IMG/VR virus record: IMGVR_UViG_3300034198_015519
Span: 1-64,000 of that record
Reading direction: 5' to 3' (one strand)
Length of the DNA stretch: 64,000 nucleotides
DNA from: an uncultured virus (IMG/VR IMGVR_UViG_3300034198_015519)
Lineage: Duplodnaviria > Heunggongvirae > Uroviricota > Caudoviricetes
The notes under the pieces were generated by a model, which was given only the letters and a program-made list of their open reading frames with translations, did no database searches and was not told the DNA's origin. The translations under genes were made by a program, and so were the position numbers. Below are positions 60,205-64,000 of this stretch, one piece after another. How positions within the stretch are numbered: the stretch's first letter is position 1; each line of letters opens with the position of its first letter.

Positions 60205-60480
60205 ATGGAAACACAATTACAAGATTACGAAAACAGAGAATTCATGATATTTAACGTATCGGAATTAGAACAGATTGACTTCGCACAAGTATTGGAGACA
60301 TCTGAAGAGACCGTTAGAAAATCGGTTGATGAAACAAAAACATTCGTTAAGTGGGACGGTGTAATGCCGGAATGTGTATCTAATCTAACTACAAAAGACG
60401 GTCCTTACACTTATGAGGAAATATTGGTTATTTTGGCAACATCAGAATGGACAGACCCTAATCCACCAATGGGGGGTTAA
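60205..60480 (+). CDS. Hypothetical protein
   Basis: ORF directly after the LamG genes. Confidence 0.7.
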   Translation: METQLQDYENREFMIFNVSELEQIDFAQVLETSEETVRKSVDETKTFVKWDGVMPECVSNLTTKDGPYTYEEILVILATSEWTDPNPPMGG

Positions 60481-60588
60481 TTTAAAATTAAAATATTTAT
60501 ATGAAATTCATTAATGAATGTATTTTTTTAAGCATATAGTATATTTATATGTAAAAGATAATAAAAACAATAAAAATAAAACTAAATT

Positions 60589-61077
60589 ATGAAAAAAATT
60601 ATTAGACTAACGGAATCAGATTTAACAAGAATCGTTAAACGAGTTATCGAAGAACAAAAAACACAACCTATCGTTGATGCTGGATATAGCCGAGACATGC
60701 AAGGTTACGCTATTGCGTTATCACAACCAACAGTAGCTCCTGGTTCTGGACACAGAGGTGTTGCTACAGCACAAGTTAAATTCAACGGTATGAGAATTAA
60801 AAATAATGGTGAAGTTGTAGTTAAAGGTGGTATCGTACTTTACGCTGGATGTGGAAAAGAGATTGATGGTGTAAGTCAAAACCCTGCTAACTTAAGCCCA
60901 AGAAGTTCTGCTGACCTTTTTGAAGGTGGTAGTACATACGTATTCTCAAAAGGTGGTGCTATTGATAAAGCGGTAAGAGCGTACTGTGATTCAAAAGGAC
61001 AACCAAGTTCTCCATCTGCAGGATCACCTATGAATGTTGTTGCTGGAGCAAAAGAAGCAATGGCTTTAGTAAAATAA
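60589..61077 (+). CDS. Leader-bearing protein (MKKIIRLTESDLTRIVKRVIEEQ)
   Basis: Canonical leader; TATTTAT at 60542. Confidence 0.8.
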   Translation: MKKIIRLTESDLTRIVKRVIEEQKTQPIVDAGYSRDMQGYAIALSQPTVAPGSGHRGVATAQVKFNGMRIKNNGEVVVKGGIVLYAGCGKEIDGVSQNPANLSPRSSADLFEGGSTYVFSKGGAIDKAVRAYCDSKGQPSSPSAGSPMNVVAGAKEAMALVK

Positions 61078-61096
61078 GTTAAAATTTTAAATAAAT

Positions 61097-61125
61097 AAAA
61101 AAACCCTCCATAAGAGGGTTTTTTT
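61097..61125. terminator. Bidirectional terminator
   Basis: A-run, CCCTC-cataa-GAGGG, T-run. Confidence 0.8.
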
Positions 61126-61129
61126 ATTT

Positions 61130-61573
61130 CTATTTGTTAAAGACTGCTGCGTATGTCTTATTAGACTCTTTAAAGACAACTACCAAATCAACATCTGTTG
61201 TGGTAACTTTATTGATAACCAAAGTCATTTTACCAAAGTCCTCAGTATTAACATCGAATTTGATGAACTTTGGTGTTTCAACTAAGTTTGTGATTGTACT
61301 CACATCTTCTTTACGGTCTTCAGTTCCGTTCTCCAAAGATACGTAGTTGTGTGTGAAAGTTTTAGTTTCCAAATTAATGGTGTAGTGATTGAAACCGTTT
61401 GAAGAAAAGGTAGTACCAAGATTTTTACCTTTTAACACATCTTCAGACTTCATGTTTTTACCTGTAATGTCGTAGTAGTCAAACCCGTATACACTAAAAA
61501 AGTTGTATTGTTTTTGTGCATTTAATGAAAGTGAGAATAAAAAGACGAATGTTGCAACGATTAAATTTTTCAT
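61130..61573 (-). CDS. Secreted hypothetical protein
   Basis: Sec signal MKNLIVATFVFLFSLSLNA-Q, a Bacteroidota-style Gln at +1. Confidence 0.75.
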   Translation of the reverse strand: MKNLIVATFVFLFSLSLNAQKQYNFFSVYGFDYYDITGKNMKSEDVLKGKNLGTTFSSNGFNHYTINLETKTFTHNYVSLENGTEDRKEDVSTITNLVETPKFIKFDVNTEDFGKMTLVINKVTTTDVDLVVVFKESNKTYAAVFNK

Positions 61574-61611
61574 ATACTTTTTTTTTAAAGGGTTTATAAA
61601 TGATTACACTA

Positions 61612-61619
61612 CAAAGATA
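61612..61619 (-). promoter_or_regulatory. Bacteroidota-type -7 promoter element TATCTTTG
   Basis: TAnnTTTG about 40 nt upstream of the 61573 start. Confidence 0.6.
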
Positions 61620-61709
61620 TTGTTTTTATTTAGATTTCCAAAGGTTTTTAAAAATATATTTGTTTTTTTTTAAAAAAATAAAACCCCATCCGAAGATGAG
61701 GTTTAAAAT

Positions 61710-62107
61710 TGGTGGAGGTGCGGGGACTCGAACCCCGGTCCAGCCTATCCTGTCAGATAAGGACTACACGTTTAGGTCAAGGTTTGTCATACCTTCCGAA
61801 ATATCTGAGTTTTCACACCGCTCAGCGACGGTGGTAGTTCTTACGGGGAACCACACCCGTTTTTGTTTCTTTTTGGGTAGAAACCACACCTTAAAGACTT
61901 CTGTTGCTAGGTTATGTGTCCACCGACCCCCCGTTGCCGTACTTAAATTAAGCTACAGTAACTTCTTGAGTTGAGATAAGTCCCAAAGTCTCAAGGTTGT
62001 TCAAAACGTTGCCGTCTAAAAAAATAAACCAGTTTTTAAGGAGATTAGTTCAGTCCCCACGTGCCCTTATTCCTCAGCCAATACCTGTCAAATCCAAAAA
62101 CACCCCC
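61710..62107 (-). ncRNA. ssrA: tmRNA
   Basis: 5' GGGGGTG...GGATTTGAC; 3' GGGGTTCGAGTCCCC-GCACCTCC-ACCA with a G3.U acceptor pair; internal tag ORF; 398 nt; terminator downstream. Confidence 0.93.
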
Positions 62108-62173
62108 ATACTTTCAAAGAACTATTGTAAAGATAGTATAAAACTTTATATTAAACAATATATTTATAAATAT

Positions 62174-63310
62174 ATGAAAAAAATTTTAAGGATTTTTGAA
62201 CAAGAAGAAGAAGAGTTAAACGACTTTCAAAAAATTCTTGCACTTAATAAAAGAAAAATAAGCCCTAGTGAAGTTGAGTTTTATAATTCTGAAGGTAACG
62301 ATTTTAGCAATATAATCACTGTAGAACAAGACGGTTTAATGTTTACTTTTGATGGGTTAGAGGAGTATTTAAGATTCTTTTTTCCTGATTATTATTCTGA
62401 AGAAAATACTGATGGATATTATGAAGCGGGTTATTACGATTCTATGTACCGTGGAAATTGGACTTGGGATTTTGATGATAGATCTTATGATGACTGGAGA
62501 GAGGGTATTATTGTTGAAGCTTTAAACTCAGACCATTTACAAATTATTTACGATGTTGCAAAAATTATTCAACCAGGTCTTTTAAAATCTTTTGATGTGG
62601 GTAATGATAAAAAATTAAAAATAAATAACCCTGAAAATGTGTGCTCATTTTTAGAACAGGTGGATAATAGAATATCTGATGATTTAACGGGTACTTGGGT
62701 AGATGCTAGTGTTGCTGCGGTTGATGGTGAAGTTGGAAAATATATTGAGGATACTTATTGTAATTGTTTAACCCCTGTTGGTATTGAAAGGTATTCTGAA
62801 AAGTATTGTTTTTGGAAATATAAATTACATTGGGGAGATGCGATTATGTTATATCCTCGTTTTGGTACTGAAGAAGACAATCTTCTTGATTTATTATTTA
62901 TGGCAATTGAAAAAGAACCCATATCCCACTTACCTGAATATTATGAAATACAATATAATATTTGGAATAATGAAGAGTTTGATGCTTCGTTTATCCACAA
63001 CGCCGATAACGATTTAGAAAACTTTAGAGACAGAGTACTTGAGGATGCTAATGATGAGACTATGAAAAAATATTTTTCGATAATTGATAAAATTAACTCA
63101 ACAATCGGATTTGACCAGTATGTTAAAATACCAAATAGTGATGTTACACTAATGGTTAAAAGTGTTGATAAAGAAACCCTAAAAGTGAAATACGCACTTA
63201 CTAACAGAAAAACATATATTACCAAATACGGAGAGTCTTATACTGACGATATCCTAAATATGGTTTACAACGAAAGTTTATTTAACCCAATGGATTATAG
63301 AAAAAATTAA
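62174..63310 (+). CDS. Acidic hypothetical protein
   Basis: True start is probably MKKILRIFEQ at 62174, after TATTTAT at 62161; the track's longer start overlaps the tmRNA. Confidence 0.75.
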   Translation: MKKILRIFEQEEEELNDFQKILALNKRKISPSEVEFYNSEGNDFSNIITVEQDGLMFTFDGLEEYLRFFFPDYYSEENTDGYYEAGYYDSMYRGNWTWDFDDRSYDDWREGIIVEALNSDHLQIIYDVAKIIQPGLLKSFDVGNDKKLKINNPENVCSFLEQVDNRISDDLTGTWVDASVAAVDGEVGKYIEDTYCNCLTPVGIERYSEKYCFWKYKLHWGDAIMLYPRFGTEEDNLLDLLFMAIEKEPISHLPEYYEIQYNIWNNEEFDASFIHNADNDLENFRDRVLEDANDETMKKYFSIIDKINSTIGFDQYVKIPNSDVTLMVKSVDKETLKVKYALTNRKTYITKYGESYTDDILNMVYNESLFNPMDYRKN

Positions 63311-63999
63311 TATTTTTTAAGTAATCTTTCTTTAATTATTTCATATAAGTAAACTAAATCGTCGTCATTTATAAACATGACATTATTGTCAAACGGATCC
63401 ATAATTGTTATTCCGTCTTTATTTTCCTCAACGTCAAGAGTCTCCAACTGGTGAAAAAACACATCATCTTCGTCTTCTTCGACTTCATCATCAAAAAGAG
63501 TGTTAAAAATTGTGTTTTTTGTGTAAACGATAGGTTTGTATTCGTATTGGTATTTATTTAATCCCAAGATGAATACCATATTTTTACCAGCCTCGATAGC
63601 ACGTTCTACATCATCAATAGAAATAAATTCTTCTTTTGTGTGCATGTTGTAGTAACCACAAGACATGTTAATACAAGAAACGTCAACCTTTTTCTTTAAT
63701 TGTGAAACGTCAGTATAAGGGTGAGATTGAACCAACATTTCATTTCCAAAAGCATTTTCAATAACTGAAATACTTTTTTCAAAGAATTCACTATCACGTT
63801 CAAACAAACGAACCCCCGAGCAAATCTCGGTAATTAAGTGATTACCAGGAGCATCGTATTGCGTGATATAACCAACATCTTCTAAAAATGAAACGTCACA
63901 TTTTGAAGACCCGTGGCAACCGGTTTCTTCAGATACGAATAAACCAACTTTTACTTTATCTAATTGTTTAAGTAATTCTAAACAAATGAAAATTCCACA
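63307..63999 (-). CDS. M20/M28-family metallopeptidase (5'-truncated by the window)
   Basis: Frame is open to the edge: CGIFICLELL...FVSEETGCHGS...QYD...YTDV...SCGYYNMHTKEE. Confidence 0.8.
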   Translation of the reverse strand, partial: CGIFICLELLKQLDKVKVGLFVSEETGCHGSSKCDVSFLEDVGYITQYDAPGNHLITEICSGVRLFERDSEFFEKSISVIENAFGNEMLVQSHPYTDVSQLKKKVDVSCINMSCGYYNMHTKEEFISIDDVERAIEAGKNMVFILGLNKYQYEYKPIVYTKNTIFNTLFDDEVEEDEDDVFFHQLETLDVEENKDGITIMDPFDNNVMFINDDDLVYLYEIIKERLLKKY

Positions 64000-64000
64000 T

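Noticed and set aside
61710..61745. Apparent tRNA (T-arm plus CCA)
   Set aside because: It is the 3' end of the tmRNA: no anticodon arm, and the matching 5' strand is about 400 nt away.
61600..62173. ORF 61600..61974 and the 5' extension of ORF 61997
   Set aside because: Antisense to the tmRNA with non-protein-like composition; a better start exists at 62174.
1..64000. Alternative genetic code (stop-codon recoding)
   Set aside because: Code 11 gives dense, full-length recognisable genes, and TAG/TGA end genes at sensible boundaries.

Overview
AT-rich, gene-dense 64 kb segment that reads as part of a large (jumbo/huge) tailed-phage genome, probably infecting a Bacteroidota (Flavobacteriia-like) host. 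Evidence for that host: T9SS-type C-terminal domains, TAnnTTTG promoters and the absence of Shine-Dalgarno sites. No host housekeeping operons are present and standard code 11 fits. From left to right: (1) a gene-poor 1-3.2 kb region packed with paired palindromes, iteron-like repeats, DnaA-box-like 9-mers and C-tracts; (2) many short acidic hypothetical genes, most preceded by a TATTTAT motif, many carrying related N-terminal leaders that end in [ILV]-x-E; (3) accessory genes: FKBP/SlyD PPIase, UvrC, ferritin-like, NlpC/P60, GH19 endolysin, T9SS cargo, CAP, GNAT, LysM; (4) a fibre/adhesin region with two giant Gly-Ser/Thr-Ser triplet-repeat proteins, Pro-Thr stalk proteins and LamG/fibrinogen lectins; (5) an opposite-strand six-gene glycosylation cassette inside that region, including an AAH/TibC-like protein O-glycosyltransferase; (6) a complete tmRNA with an atypical tag; (7) a partial M20/M28 peptidase. 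The best candidate for a new system is phage-encoded O-glycosylation of Ser-rich virion fibres. All family calls come from motif recognition by eye, not from database searches.
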